Assembly (NCBI GenBank): GCA_964619725.1
Contig: CAZUFC010000019.1
Location: 1,161 to 65,160 of the forward strand
Source: an uncultured bacterium
GTDB lineage: Bacteria > CSSED10-310 > CAZUFC01
Reading direction: 5' to 3'
DNA: 64,000 bases
The translations under genes and the position numbers were made by a program. The stretch's first letter is position 1, and each line of letters starts with the position of its first letter. The notes beneath the pieces were generated by a model. It was not told the origin of the DNA. It made no database searches and saw only the letters and a program-made list of their open reading frames with translations. This document shows positions 9,949 through 20,116 of this stretch, one piece after another.

Positions 9949-11262
9949 GTGATAGAAAAAGTAAAACAGATTATACTTGATTTTCAGGAAGTAGAATTGA
10001 AGACGGGGATTCTGCGTCGATTAAAGATAAAGAGGGTCGTCGGCAAAGCGACGGTGATGGTGGGCGTGCGTCGTTGCGGAAAGACGACCTATCTTTACCA
10101 GGTTATGGAACGCCTGTCGGTTGAGGGAGTATCGAGAAAAAACATGTTATATGTAGACTTTTTCGATGACCGTCTGCATAATTTAAGTCAGGAAGGGATA
10201 GGATTAATTACAGAAGCATATTATTCGATTTATCCGGAGAAGAAAAACAGTGAGAAGGCGTATTATTTTTTCGATGAGATACAGATGGTTGAGGGTTGGG
10301 AATCTTATGTTTCACGGCTTTTGCGCAGTGAAAACTGCGAGATATTTTTAACGGGTTCCTCTTCCCGGATGCTGTCGAAGGAAATCGCGACACAGATGCG
10401 CGGCAGGTCTTTATCGTGGGAACTTTTTCCCTTTTCATTCGTGGAATTTCTGGATGCAGTCGGAATAAACGGCGAAGCGCCTTATTCCGGTAAGAAGCGG
10501 CTGATGATCCAGAAGGCATTCGATGAATATTGGGAAAAGGGTGGATTCCCTGAAGTGATGAACGCTGATCGAATGCTGCGGGTAAAGATACACCAGGAAT
10601 ATTTTCAAACCGTATTATTTCGGGATATAATCGAGCGTCATGATGCATCTCATCCGAGGGGTGTAACGGACCTGGCACACAGGCTTATCGACAATATAGC
10701 GTCTTTATATTCCGTGAACAGTCTGACAGGTTACTTGAAAACGTTAGGCCACAAGGTTTCAAAGTCAGCGGTTTCTGATTGCATGGAGTGGTTTGAAGAT
10801 GCATATTTTCTTTTCACGGTGTGGATATTCGACGCATCGCTCGCCCGCAGAAAAACAAATCCGAAGAAAATTTACTGCATTGATCATGCGTTTGCGTTAT
10901 CATGCGCTTCGGGGATTCTGATAAATTCCGGTCATCTTTTTGAGAATCTGGTATTTACGGCACTTCGCAGGCTTTCATCTGATATATATTATTATAAAAC
11001 AAAAAGCGGCCGGGAAGTTGATTTCATCGTCATATTGCCTGACAGGACGAGGATGCTTGTTCAGGCTTGCGAATCAATGGTCGAACCTCAAACCCGGAAG
11101 CGTGAGACGACGGCGCTGAAAGAGGCGATGGCGGAATTGGGAATGGATTCGGGGATCATCGTAACGCGGCGTGAAGAGGATGAGATTGAAATTGAATATG
11201 GAAAAATTGCGGTGATGCCTGTCTGGCGTTTTTTACTGAATTTTGAATCAGGACGCTTGTAA
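9949..11262 (+). CDS. AAA+ superfamily ATP-binding protein (AAA_14 plus DUF4143-type C-terminus)
   Basis: Walker A GVRRCGKT, Walker B FFDEIQ, LTGSSS, GGFPE, KKIYCID, G.LFEN.V, YYKTKSGREVDF. GTG start at 9949 after AGGAG is likelier than TTG 9901. Confidence 0.88.
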   Translation: MIEKVKQIILDFQEVELKTGILRRLKIKRVVGKATVMVGVRRCGKTTYLYQVMERLSVEGVSRKNMLYVDFFDDRLHNLSQEGIGLITEAYYSIYPEKKNSEKAYYFFDEIQMVEGWESYVSRLLRSENCEIFLTGSSSRMLSKEIATQMRGRSLSWELFPFSFVEFLDAVGINGEAPYSGKKRLMIQKAFDEYWEKGGFPEVMNADRMLRVKIHQEYFQTVLFRDIIERHDASHPRGVTDLAHRLIDNIASLYSVNSLTGYLKTLGHKVSKSAVSDCMEWFEDAYFLFTVWIFDASLARRKTNPKKIYCIDHAFALSCASGILINSGHLFENLVFTALRRLSSDIYYYKTKSGREVDFIVILPDRTRMLVQACESMVEPQTRKRETTALKEAMAELGMDSGIIVTRREEDEIEIEYGKIAVMPVWRFLLNFESGRL

Positions 11263-11554
11263 CTTATCGAATGATAGCATCCCTGAAAAATTCGCAAAAT
11301 TCCAAATAATTTTAGAAATTTTATCAACTGCCGCAATTCAATAATATTTTTACAGGCGGAAAAATGATTGTATATATTGTTTGCGTCAACGCATAGGGTT
11401 GAATCCATTGAGCCGTAGAGACTCTGTTTCTCCATGGAACAGAATTTGCTCCTTTGTGGTTCGATGATTTTTGCGGGTCTCGCGCAGACGGGAATGTTGA
11501 GAAAAGCGCTGGAAAATTATCAATGATCAAGGGAGTAAGAAACGGGGAAAGACA

Positions 11555-12037
11555 ATGGATTTAACATCGCAACTGATTACAGTCCTGCAGACTGTGACGG
11601 CCATGCTGCTCGGAGGACTAATTGGAATGGAGAGAGAAATGGCCGACAAACCGGCGGGATTCAGGACTCACATGATGGCGGCCGGCGCTTCCGCATTGCT
11701 GATAAAACTGGGTAAGGTTCTGATCGTTAATTTTGATGGAGAGTTAATATCTGAATCATTAAGCGCTGACCCGGTGAGGATCATACACGCCATCGTCATA
11801 GGGGTGAGTTTCCTGGGCGCGGGGACGATAATTCGAAGGAAACCGGCGGAAATTGAGGGATTGACTACGGCAGCATCCATATTAATGGCTTCTGCTGTGG
11901 GCATAAGCGTCGGGGTCAATCTTCTCGCCGTGGCCGTCAGCATCAGCGTCATAACTTTTACAGCGCTTTATGGGCTGAGTTTTATAGAAAGAAGATTACT
12001 GCGTCGGCGAGGAGAGGAGGGTGAAGATGAATCGTGA
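11555..12037 (+). CDS. MgtC/SapB family membrane protein
   Basis: LLGGLIGMERE...KPAGFRTHM, DPVRI...GVSFLGAGTI, GLTTAASI motifs. Confidence 0.92.
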   Translation: MDLTSQLITVLQTVTAMLLGGLIGMEREMADKPAGFRTHMMAAGASALLIKLGKVLIVNFDGELISESLSADPVRIIHAIVIGVSFLGAGTIIRRKPAEIEGLTTAASILMASAVGISVGVNLLAVAVSISVITFTALYGLSFIERRLLRRRGEEGEDES

Positions 12038-12183
12038 ACATTCTGTTTTCTGCGGAGCTCTTCCTGTTAATGAGAATTAAATATTACCGGGGGCCGCGTA
12101 GCGTGTCGAGATATTCGCAGGTTTTACGTTTATGCGCTGCAGGGCGTTTTTGAAATTGAATTATATTTTGAAAGGAGTTTGAG

Positions 12184-12594
12184 ATGTTTTTTGCTGATTT
12201 GCTGGCGGCACTGATCGTCAGTTTTATAGCGGTAGCGATTTTAATCGCTCTGATGGGCTGGGAGCAGCCCCGGGGAGCCGGAGTCAGGGACACGGTTCTG
12301 TTTATGTTCACCATCTTTTTTCTGGTGGTATGGGCGGCAGGAGTATGGGCCAGGCCTCTGGGTCCTCCCTTATGGGGCGTTTACTGGCTGCCTTTCCTTT
12401 TTGCAGGAGTCATCGTGTTCCTGATAATGCTGGCAGTGGTTCCGCCGCGCCGGCCCAGAACGAGGAGGGAAGCCGTTGAACAGGCCAGAGAGGAGACGGA
12501 GGCTGTTTCTTTGTTCGGTTGTTTTTTCTGGGTATTGCTCGTTATATTGTTGTTTTCCATCGTAAGCCGTTACGTCTGGGTTACGCCGATATAA
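12184..12594 (+). CDS. Small four-TM membrane protein of unknown function
   Basis: AAGGAG RBS; four hydrophobic segments with a charged loop PPRRPRTRREAVEQAREE. Confidence 0.8.
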   Translation: MFFADLLAALIVSFIAVAILIALMGWEQPRGAGVRDTVLFMFTIFFLVVWAAGVWARPLGPPLWGVYWLPFLFAGVIVFLIMLAVVPPRRPRTRREAVEQAREETEAVSLFGCFFWVLLVILLFSIVSRYVWVTPI

Positions 12595-12744
12595 AGTATC
12601 TATTCAAAATTAAGGCCTTCAGGGCAACTCCGGTTACGTTCGAGTGATGCCTGTCCGACCCTGGCCGATTTTTTTTGGTTGTGATGACAATATCCTTAAT
12701 TATTGAAGCAAATTTGAACTTTTTAAAGAAAGGAGTTCGTTTTG

Positions 12745-14295
12745 ATGAAAAAACTAGAATCATTTTTGACCGCAGCTCCGGTTGTAATCGCATGCGTTAT
12801 GCTGCTCGGCGCCGCGTATCCCCTGAATGCGGTTCAATCGCAGGAAAAACTGCTTACGGACAGGGAGATAACGGCAGCCGTGAGTTCCGCGTTGAAGAAG
12901 GACCCGGGCGTGGATACGAACTGGATAAACGTTTCGACGGAGCAGGGCATACTGCAATTAACGGGTAAAACGAACGATATCTTGTCTAAAACGCGAGCGA
13001 CGAAAGTGGCTGAGCTGGTGAAGGGTGTGCGTGCCGTGGTGAATGAAGTCGAGGTGATTCCGAGTTCCCGGACAGATGAAGAGATAGAACAGGATGTAGA
13101 AAACGCGCTGCTTTACGATCCTGCTGCTGATTCCTATGAAGTTTCGGTTGAAGCGAATAACGGCGTGGTCGTTTTGAACGGAACGGTCGAATCGCGCCAG
13201 GAACAGAAATTAGCCGGTAAAGTCGCTATGGGAGTAAAAGGTGTCGTCAAAGTCAGGAACAACATAAATATTGTTTATGAAACTGAAAGACCGGATGGAG
13301 AGATAGAGGCAGAAGTGGAGGAGGTACTGTTATGGGATGCGCTGGTAGATGACGGATTGATACAGGTTCAAGTTGAAGAAGGTGAAGTAACCCTGAAAGG
13401 AGCCGTGGGAAGCGCTGCGGAAAAAAGCCGGGCTGTTGCTGATGCCTGGGTGATGGGCGTCGAATCCGTCGATGCCGGGGAACTCCGGGTCGAAACCTGG
13501 GCCAGGGACGACCGATTCAGAAATCAGAAATACAGGGATAAAAGCGATCAGGAAGTGCGAAAAGCCATAAGGGCGGCGCTTTTCTACGATCCCCGCGTTC
13601 CCTCCAAAAACATCACTGTTGCCGTGAATAATGGAGTGGCCGTATTAGGCGGCGTTGTGGATAATCTGAGGGCTAAAATGGCCGCTGTCGCTGCCGCTCG
13701 CAATACAGTAGGAGTATGGACGGTCACTGACGATATAGTCGTCAGGCCGAATACGCCGTCGGATGCGGAAATTGAAAACGCAATTGAAAAATCGCTGAAA
13801 AGAGCGCCGGATGTCAGCCGTTTCGATGTCCGGGTCTCCGTCATCGACGGAAAAGTTTATCTGCACGGCAATGTGGATTCCTATTATGAGAAGGGACGCG
13901 CCGAGGAGATAGCGTCCACAGCCTATGGCGTCATTGAAGTTCACAATTACCTGGATGTCGGCGCCATGTACGATTCCTGGATTTACGATCCCTACGTGGA
14001 TTATATTTATCCCATGGACTTCGACTGGTACGTCAGAAAGGAATTCACTCCGAAAAAATCGGATTGGGAAATCAAAAAAACCATTGAAAAGGAACTTTTC
14101 TGGACCCCTTTCGTGGATGAAGAGGAGATAACGGTGAAGGTGGATAACGGCGCCGCAAAGCTTACCGGAACAGTCGAAACCTGGGGAGAAAGAAATTCAG
14201 CTCAGAGAAAAGCATACGACGGAGGCGCCGTTTTCGTGGACAACAACATCAAGGTAAAATATGGTCCTGAATACTATCAAACGGAAGAAGAGTAG
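12745..14295 (+). CDS. Periplasmic multi-BON (OsmY-like) protein, six BON domains
   Basis: Signal peptide; six repeats of (S/T/P)D.EI...L......I.V.V..G.V.L.G.V......A...A..V.GV..V.N; AAGGAG RBS. Confidence 0.92.
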   Translation: MKKLESFLTAAPVVIACVMLLGAAYPLNAVQSQEKLLTDREITAAVSSALKKDPGVDTNWINVSTEQGILQLTGKTNDILSKTRATKVAELVKGVRAVVNEVEVIPSSRTDEEIEQDVENALLYDPAADSYEVSVEANNGVVVLNGTVESRQEQKLAGKVAMGVKGVVKVRNNINIVYETERPDGEIEAEVEEVLLWDALVDDGLIQVQVEEGEVTLKGAVGSAAEKSRAVADAWVMGVESVDAGELRVETWARDDRFRNQKYRDKSDQEVRKAIRAALFYDPRVPSKNITVAVNNGVAVLGGVVDNLRAKMAAVAAARNTVGVWTVTDDIVVRPNTPSDAEIENAIEKSLKRAPDVSRFDVRVSVIDGKVYLHGNVDSYYEKGRAEEIASTAYGVIEVHNYLDVGAMYDSWIYDPYVDYIYPMDFDWYVRKEFTPKKSDWEIKKTIEKELFWTPFVDEEEITVKVDNGAAKLTGTVETWGERNSAQRKAYDGGAVFVDNNIKVKYGPEYYQTEEE

Positions 14296-14304
14296 GAATT
14301 CATT

Positions 14305-14510
14305 ACCTCACCCCCCGGCCCCCTCTCCATGAATGGAGAGGGGGAGGAAGAGGGGCGATAGAGCGGCTTGTAAAGGGGGGAGGAAGAATGGCTTGGAGAG
14401 GGGGAGGAAGAGGGGCGATAGAGCGGCTTGGAGAGGGGGAGGAAGAATGGCTTGGAGAGGGGGAGGAAGAGGGTGCGATAGAGCGGCTTGGAGAGGGGGA
14501 GGAAGAGGGG
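14305..14510. repeat. REP-like palindrome followed by a G/A-rich tandem array
   Basis: CCCCCTCTCCA-TGAA-TGGAGAGGGGG hairpin, then about six GGAGAGGGGGAGGAAGA-like units separated by GGGGCGATAGAGCGGCTT or ATGGCTT. Confidence 0.8.
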
Positions 14511-15060
14511 CTGTGTTGTTTGTTTTTATTGATATTTTTTGGGGAATGAGCTGATGGGTGATATATAAGATGATTTACCTTATTAATATTCATATTGTAC
14601 GAAATAGGTGGATTGTTCAAACGCCGGTTAAAATTCGTCTCAACAGAAGCATCATCGTATCGGAGGTTGTTTTTCTTGTTGACCGGATACTGGAATTACT
14701 TAAATCACATCTCCTGACATTCGCTAATAAAAAATTGTGAAATGTTTGACGAAAAAACTTTAGACGTTCGAAAAAACTCTTGTAAAACAAAGTCCCCCCG
14801 CCTGGGGGTCCGTTGATTAATAGAAATGAAACCTGTTTCATACCATACGAAGCATTATCGTAAATCATGATTAACATCAGAGCTCATGTTTGAATTTCGA
14901 TTAATCAACGCTCTTCCACCGGATATAGGGGGGCTAAAAACTTCACAATTTTTATGCTGAGTTGCAATGCAGGAAAATCACATTTTTTCAATAGGTTGTG
15001 ACATTCTTGTCAGGAGTTCAGAAAGTCGGCCTTTACAGTATCGCAAAGGAGCATTATTCG

Positions 15061-15549
15061 ATGAATCAAGATTCGATGTCGACAGAGATAATTGATGAAA
15101 CCGTCAAACTTGAGTTAAATGCAGCGGAAGTTTACAGGTTATTCCGGGAGATTTTTCCCGAAGACCGGGAATTCTGGAATGAATTGCATGAGGAAGAAAA
15201 GAATCATGCTGAATTGCTCCAGAGCATTCGTGAAGTCATAGGCGAGGACGATTCATTCCCGGAAGAATTTCTTTCCGCAGCATTGGATGATTTGAAATCC
15301 ATAAACAGCCGGATAGCCTGGCTGCTTACGAAATATGCGACTGCCGAACCCGGCAGGTCAGAGGCCTTCAACACAGCCCTGGACCTGGAAGAATCAGCCG
15401 GGGAAATTCATTTCCAGGCTTTCATGGAGAAAGATGAGGATAATGAAATTGTCAGGACATACCAGAAATTGAACAACGACGACAAAGACCACATGGCGAG
15501 AATAAGGGACTACATGAGACGCCAGGGAATTGAAAGAATAAGATCATAA
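15061..15549 (+). CDS. Ferritin-like / rubrerythrin-family diiron protein
   Basis: LE..AAEVY...EEEKNH and LDLEESAGEIHF...DDKDH paired E/ExxH motifs; AAGGAG RBS before ATG 15061. Confidence 0.8.
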   Translation: MNQDSMSTEIIDETVKLELNAAEVYRLFREIFPEDREFWNELHEEEKNHAELLQSIREVIGEDDSFPEEFLSAALDDLKSINSRIAWLLTKYATAEPGRSEAFNTALDLEESAGEIHFQAFMEKDEDNEIVRTYQKLNNDDKDHMARIRDYMRRQGIERIRS

Positions 15550-15638
15550 CATTCCGCCTCAGCATCCCTTCCTTTGCAGGCTTACGCATCAGGATAAAAA
15601 AACTGACTGCCGGAGTCCGTCGTTATGCCGCCGCTCAC

Positions 15639-16109
15639 TTACCAGGTTTCCAGGTTTTCCATGCTTTTGGCTTTTTGATGCTGCTCTGTTTCCGGCCAGA
15701 GAGCCAAAATGTCTTTCGGCATATTTCGCTTGATGTCGGCAATTTCTCCCTGAGAAATTTTTTTCTGTAGAAAATAGAATACCCTGGCCGTGGTTTTTTC
15801 TGCATCTAAGTTCCGGGTCAAAAGCCGCTCAACATACTCAAGAAATTCCTTTTTTGTCCTCAACTTCAAAGGCTTATCGGCCGGTTTCCAATTTTCAAAG
15901 TAAATTCCACGAATGATAAGCGGCAATTGAGCTCCGAAATCAGCCGCTTCGTTAACCGGCAATCTGTCTCTCAATGCCTGAAGAACAGCCCGAATCGCTC
16001 CCACTACATCATCGTCGTTCTGTATTTCGGTCATACTCTTGAAATCCAGGAGCCATTCCCGGGCGATATTCACCGCTCTGTCCATTCCCGGTATCGTTTG
16101 TCGGTTCAT
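15639..16109 (-). CDS. DUF2267 family protein
   Basis: RAVLQALRDRLPVNEAADFGAQLPLIIRGIYFENW.P...ISQGEI..I...MPKDI..LWP; GGAGG RBS. Confidence 0.88.
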   Translation of the reverse strand: MNRQTIPGMDRAVNIAREWLLDFKSMTEIQNDDDVVGAIRAVLQALRDRLPVNEAADFGAQLPLIIRGIYFENWKPADKPLKLRTKKEFLEYVERLLTRNLDAEKTTARVFYFLQKKISQGEIADIKRNMPKDILALWPETEQHQKAKSMENLETW

Positions 16110-16589
16110 TTTTTTCCTCCTTTATAATTAAAAAGGGATTAAAAGTCGCATACAAAAAGGAGCAAGATGTATTCCAGCTTTTCTTATGAAGGTGAGTCAG
16201 AATAAACTGGATACTGGGCCGTCAGCATTTCCGTTGCCGGCAAGGCGGTTGTCGTTGTTCGGAAATTCAAGGAGCGATCAGGCATAGGGTTAGGACTGTT
16301 CATAAGATATTTGACTGATCCGGGTCAACGAGCCGGCTGGTGTTAGAAATATTCCTAACAGGGTTAGAATAAATTCGAAAAAAATGAATTTGTGTGGAGG
16401 ATCAAATGCGGAGTAATTATATTTTCTGATCGATTTCGGGGTAATGATTGAAATGCATGGGTTTTCGGCCGTAGCGCAGGCTGCAGCAAATACGGATATG
16501 CCGGATCACCTTGGATTACAGAGGAGGGCATTGATCAAAAAAGCGTCTTTTGAGGTTACAATTCTATAGAATATTCCATCATATTATTT

Positions 16590-16697
16590 TGATTTTGATT
16601 GCTATACCGACTCCGATACCGACCCCGATACCGATACCGATAGCGATACCGATACCGATAGCGATAGCGATACCGATATCGATCCCGATCCCGATCA
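16590..16697. repeat. Degenerate hexanucleotide tandem repeat (CCGATA/GCGATA/CCGATC)n
   Basis: About 17 units visible; produces spurious RYRYRY and GIGIGI ORFs. Confidence 0.9.
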
Positions 16698-16794
16698 CTG
16701 AAATAAACTGTCGAAAGTTTTGAAAGAAGTATAGCCTTTGTTTGATCAGTCCCGAGGAAAAATCTAACGGGGTCGGATATTTTGCATGACGCCG

Positions 16795-16811
16795 CCGGCA
16801 TGGTAGTTGCT
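16795..16811 (+). promoter_or_regulatory. Putative sigma54 (-24/-12) promoter upstream of the second BON gene
   Basis: CCGGCATGGTAGTTGCT has exact GG-N10-GC spacing and is close to the TGGCAC-N5-TTGC consensus. Confidence 0.5.
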
Positions 16812-17077
16812 TTTTTAAGGGGCGATTCCGGTCATGCTTTCGAGCATTGATTAGGGTGTGATGCGAAGAAGTTGTCTTTGAATTTTCATCAAATGGAAAG
16901 GGGGGAGTGAAATTTTCAACGGGCGTCAGAAAACGCAAAACGTTTCGGTTTTTCAACGTGCATTGAAGAGCGAATAATTTGAAAATGCAGTTGAAGGAAC
17001 GGACTAAATCCACAAAACTCAAGAAGATAAGAGAATATTTTAAACTTTGTAAAACATACAAAGCTCAAGGAGGAAAA

Positions 17078-18595
17078 ATGAATTTAAAAAGACGAGAGGT
17101 TTTAAGGTATTTGCCGGCTGTCATTGCCGTCATTGGTTTATTGGGTCTGCAAAATGCGGCTTATTGTCAGGAGGACATGAGCGATTTTGAGATCATGAAT
17201 GCAGTGGAAGATGAACTGTTGTTCGATCAGGCGGTTGATTCAAACAGGATAGATGTGGCTGTTACGGAAGGAGTAGTCACATTGACGGGTGAGACCGGAA
17301 ACGTCCTGGCGTCAGATCGGGCTGCCTCATTAGCAATGACCGTCAAGGGAGTGAAGTCAGTCGTCAACAACATCGATGTTGAACCGACGGTTATTTTGAG
17401 CGACAATGAGTTGCAGCAGGACGTCGAGACGGCTTTGTTGATGGACCCGGCTACGGATTCCTACGAGGTTAATGTCATGGCGAATGACGGTGTGGTAACT
17501 CTGGAAGGAACAGTTGATTCATGGGCGGAAAAGAACCTTTGCGCTAAGGTGGCGAAAGGCGTGACAGGAGTGACAGGAATAGTCAACAATATTGATGTTG
17601 ATTATAAAGTCGAAAGAATGGATCATGAGATAGCGACGGAGATTGAGAGCAAGTTGAGGTGGAACACGCTGGTGGACCATGCATTGATCGACGCGAGCGT
17701 TAATGACGGCAATGTGACGCTGACGGGGACTGTCGGCAGCCTGGCGGAAAAGAATCGTGCGGCCCTGGAATGCTGGGTGGCCGGCGTAGAATCCGTAGAC
17801 GATACCGGACTCAATGTCGAACGATGGGCACGCGATGACGACCTCAGGAAAAAGAAATATGTGAATCTTGCGGACGATGACATCCGGGACGCGATTGAGG
17901 ACGCTCTTTTATATGATCCGAGAGTTTCTTCTTTTAACGTAAAAACGAGCGTTGATATGAGAACGGTGACTTTACGCGGCGTAGTCGACAATTTGAAGGC
18001 AAAAAATGCGGCGGAAGAAGATGCCAGGAACACCGTCGGAGTCAATTTCGTGAAGAACCGGATCAAGGTCCGGCCTGTGAAAGAGATAAAAGATGAGACG
18101 GTGGAATCGAATGTGGTCAGCGCCCTGGCGAGAGACCCTTATGTGGAACGCTTTGAGATATTCGTGAATGTGGTTGATGGAATGGTTTATTTGACGGGAA
18201 CCGTCGATAATTATTTTGAGAAATCGCAGGCGGAAGACGTCGCTTCAAGAGTAAACGGAGTAATAGGCGTGGTCAACAATATCGAAGTCGATTACGATCG
18301 GTATCCGCTGACTTACGATCCCTATGTTTACGATTATTATCCCTACAATTATCACTGGTATTATTACGGTCCGTACTATACCGTAAAAAGCGACTATGAA
18401 ATTAAAGACGACATCAATTCACAGATGTTCTGGAGTCCTTTCGTCGATGCCGACGACGTCAACGTAACGGTCGAAGACGGAGTAGCGGAACTGTCGGGAA
18501 CGGTCGATTCCTGGTCGGAATACTGGTCGGCCAGAGAAAACGCTTATGAAGGAGGCGCCGTCTGGGTTGACAACGACCTTAACGTAAAACAGTAA
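17078..18595 (+). CDS. Periplasmic multi-BON (OsmY-like) protein, six BON domains; paralog of 12745..14295
   Basis: AAGGAGG RBS before ATG 17078; signal peptide; six BON repeats colinear with the first paralog (DP.(A/T)DSYEV, VE.WARDD, ALLYDPRV, FW(S/T)PFVD). Confidence 0.92.
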   Translation: MNLKRREVLRYLPAVIAVIGLLGLQNAAYCQEDMSDFEIMNAVEDELLFDQAVDSNRIDVAVTEGVVTLTGETGNVLASDRAASLAMTVKGVKSVVNNIDVEPTVILSDNELQQDVETALLMDPATDSYEVNVMANDGVVTLEGTVDSWAEKNLCAKVAKGVTGVTGIVNNIDVDYKVERMDHEIATEIESKLRWNTLVDHALIDASVNDGNVTLTGTVGSLAEKNRAALECWVAGVESVDDTGLNVERWARDDDLRKKKYVNLADDDIRDAIEDALLYDPRVSSFNVKTSVDMRTVTLRGVVDNLKAKNAAEEDARNTVGVNFVKNRIKVRPVKEIKDETVESNVVSALARDPYVERFEIFVNVVDGMVYLTGTVDNYFEKSQAEDVASRVNGVIGVVNNIEVDYDRYPLTYDPYVYDYYPYNYHWYYYGPYYTVKSDYEIKDDINSQMFWSPFVDADDVNVTVEDGVAELSGTVDSWSEYWSARENAYEGGAVWVDNDLNVKQ

Positions 18596-18809
18596 AATAA
18601 GCGCCTGGTCTTAACCGGTCAGACGCTTTAAAAATGATTATATACCGTAACCGGTTCATGGAACGGAGTTTCCAGTAAAAAAATTGAAAGCGGCGCTGAA
18701 CTCGGGAATCCATGGATCGGTTTAGGTTTTTTTTGTAAACAGACCTCGCGCCGACCACGACCCTCTCTCCTCTGCATTGATTATTCCATAAGCTTGATTC
18801 AATAGATGA

Positions 18810-19031
18810 ATGATTTTCATTGTAAACGGGCAATGGGTAAGATATCCGAGCAGCCTGACCGCTTACGGAAGCAGGAAAGGACTGAGCGTCGTGGACATTG
18901 CCGCGGTCCCGGTCAGGACAGTGCAGGAGCAGAAAAAAACACTGGCCGCTCAACGGAAATATTTTGAGGAACGATTGAAGGAGCAACAGCAGGAGATCAA
19001 TGAGATGAAGGCAATGTTGGGCATTCGGTGA
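18810..19031 (+). pseudogene. Probable remnant of a peptidase S74 / tail-fibre chaperone C-terminal coiled coil
   Basis: RKGLSVVDIAAVPVRTVQEQKKT...KEQQQEINEMKAMLG resembles the typical KGLSPMDIVAVLTKVVQEQQKT end of S74 domains. No upstream domain and no good RBS. Confidence 0.45.
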
Positions 19032-19310
19032 ATCGCAATAGGGGTCGGTATCGAATCGAAACAAAATATTACAATCACCTTTCTGCAAAAAAAACGGATG
19101 CTTCATCAGGAGCTGCTGAAGCATCGGCCGGGTTTAACTGCAAGGCTGTCGATCGACGGGCATAGATCGCCTTGCTGAACAGCATTTTCTTGCGTCCTCA
19201 GTCATTTGCCGTCGGCATGGCGTAAGCCCCTGACAGCAGAGTTTCTTACCAGAAGAAAAGGCGGGAGGTATTCTTTCTGTGAAATGGCCTGTTTCTTGGC
19301 TTGAGAGTTT

Positions 19311-19429
19311 CGATTTCGATACCGATACCGATACCGATTCCGACGCCGATACCGGTTCCGATACCGATCCCGACCCCGATTCCAACGCCGATACCGGTTC
19401 CGATACCGATCCCGATACTTATCCCGATA
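19311..19429. repeat. Degenerate hexanucleotide tandem repeat (CCGATA)n
   Basis: About 19 units, directly abutting the first MITE copy. Confidence 0.9.
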
Positions 19430-19433
19430 GATA

Positions 19434-19633
19434 GTTTTTGTCCATAAACGGCTAATTTTTCCCAATACTGCGTCAGTCTTCGGATTTGCTCAGTCAAAGT
19501 ATAAGCGCCGCCCCTGCCTTGCAAATCCTTACTATCCTTGTCTTAAGAAAAATTCGCTCGTTTATGGATCAAAAACCGCAGTGACTGTCCAGCATTAAAT
19601 TTTGAATCGACAATCGAGTTTATGGACAGGCAC
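19434..19633. mobile_element. 200-bp MITE, copy 1
   Basis: Imperfect TIRs GTTTTTGTCCATAAAC / GTTTATGGACAGGCAC; 6-bp duplication TAGATA on both sides; about 95% identical to 23143..23342. Confidence 0.88.
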
Positions 19634-19835
19634 TAGATAGATTCCAAAGAGAATAAAAGCCGCTCCGACTACTATCAGCCAGTTTTTCCAAAATTTTAAT
19701 TTTTTATTTTCCGACATAATGATATTCCTTTCTTTCGATCATCCGCCCATCTTTCGATCATCCTTTCAGCACCATCATAAATATGCCAGAACAAGTTTTC
19801 AACAGAGCAGAGCCAGAAACACTCTGGACGCAAGT

Positions 19836-19864
19836 TTGACAATGATCCTGAACAGGACTATACA
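19836..19864 (+). promoter_or_regulatory. Putative sigma70 promoter for the hydrolase operon
   Basis: TTGACA-N17-TATACA. Confidence 0.5.
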
Positions 19865-19990
19865 TAGGGGATATCAGGCGATTCTCGTCGTTCGGGAATC
19901 ATTCTGAATTATACGCGCCACGTCGCAATGAGGTATTGGAGATTTTTTTTGATGATCAAATCATGCATTTTGCATTAGGAGCCAGACATA

Positions 19991-20110
19991 ATGAAGGACA
20001 TTTCAATGGTTCCGGTCATGAATTGGTCTCTTTCGATTACGGCAGCAGACAATCAAGCGTTTGTTCCGGTGATTGAAAATGTGGAAGAACGCGATAATTT
20101 TTTGTTGTAA
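19991..20110 (+). CDS. Possible 39-aa small protein or leader peptide
   Basis: AGGAG upstream; MKDISMVPVMNWSLSITAADNQAFVPVIENVEERDNFLL*; stop lies 6 nt before the hydrolase ATG. Confidence 0.35.
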   Translation: MKDISMVPVMNWSLSITAADNQAFVPVIENVEERDNFLL

Positions 20111-20116
20111 ACCAGG

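Noticed and set aside
9949-11262. AAA+ ATPase as part of a defence system
   Set aside because: A solitary member of a widespread family with no partner nuclease, methylase or toxin gene adjacent.
14305-14510. CRISPR array
   Set aside because: Spacers are short and themselves repeated, and there are no cas genes.
16556-19524. RYRYRY, GIGIGI and SVSVS ORFs (16556..16801, 16579..17061, 19134..19385, 19202..19465, 19246..19524)
   Set aside because: Translations of the (CCGATA)n hexamer tracts, with no coding signals.
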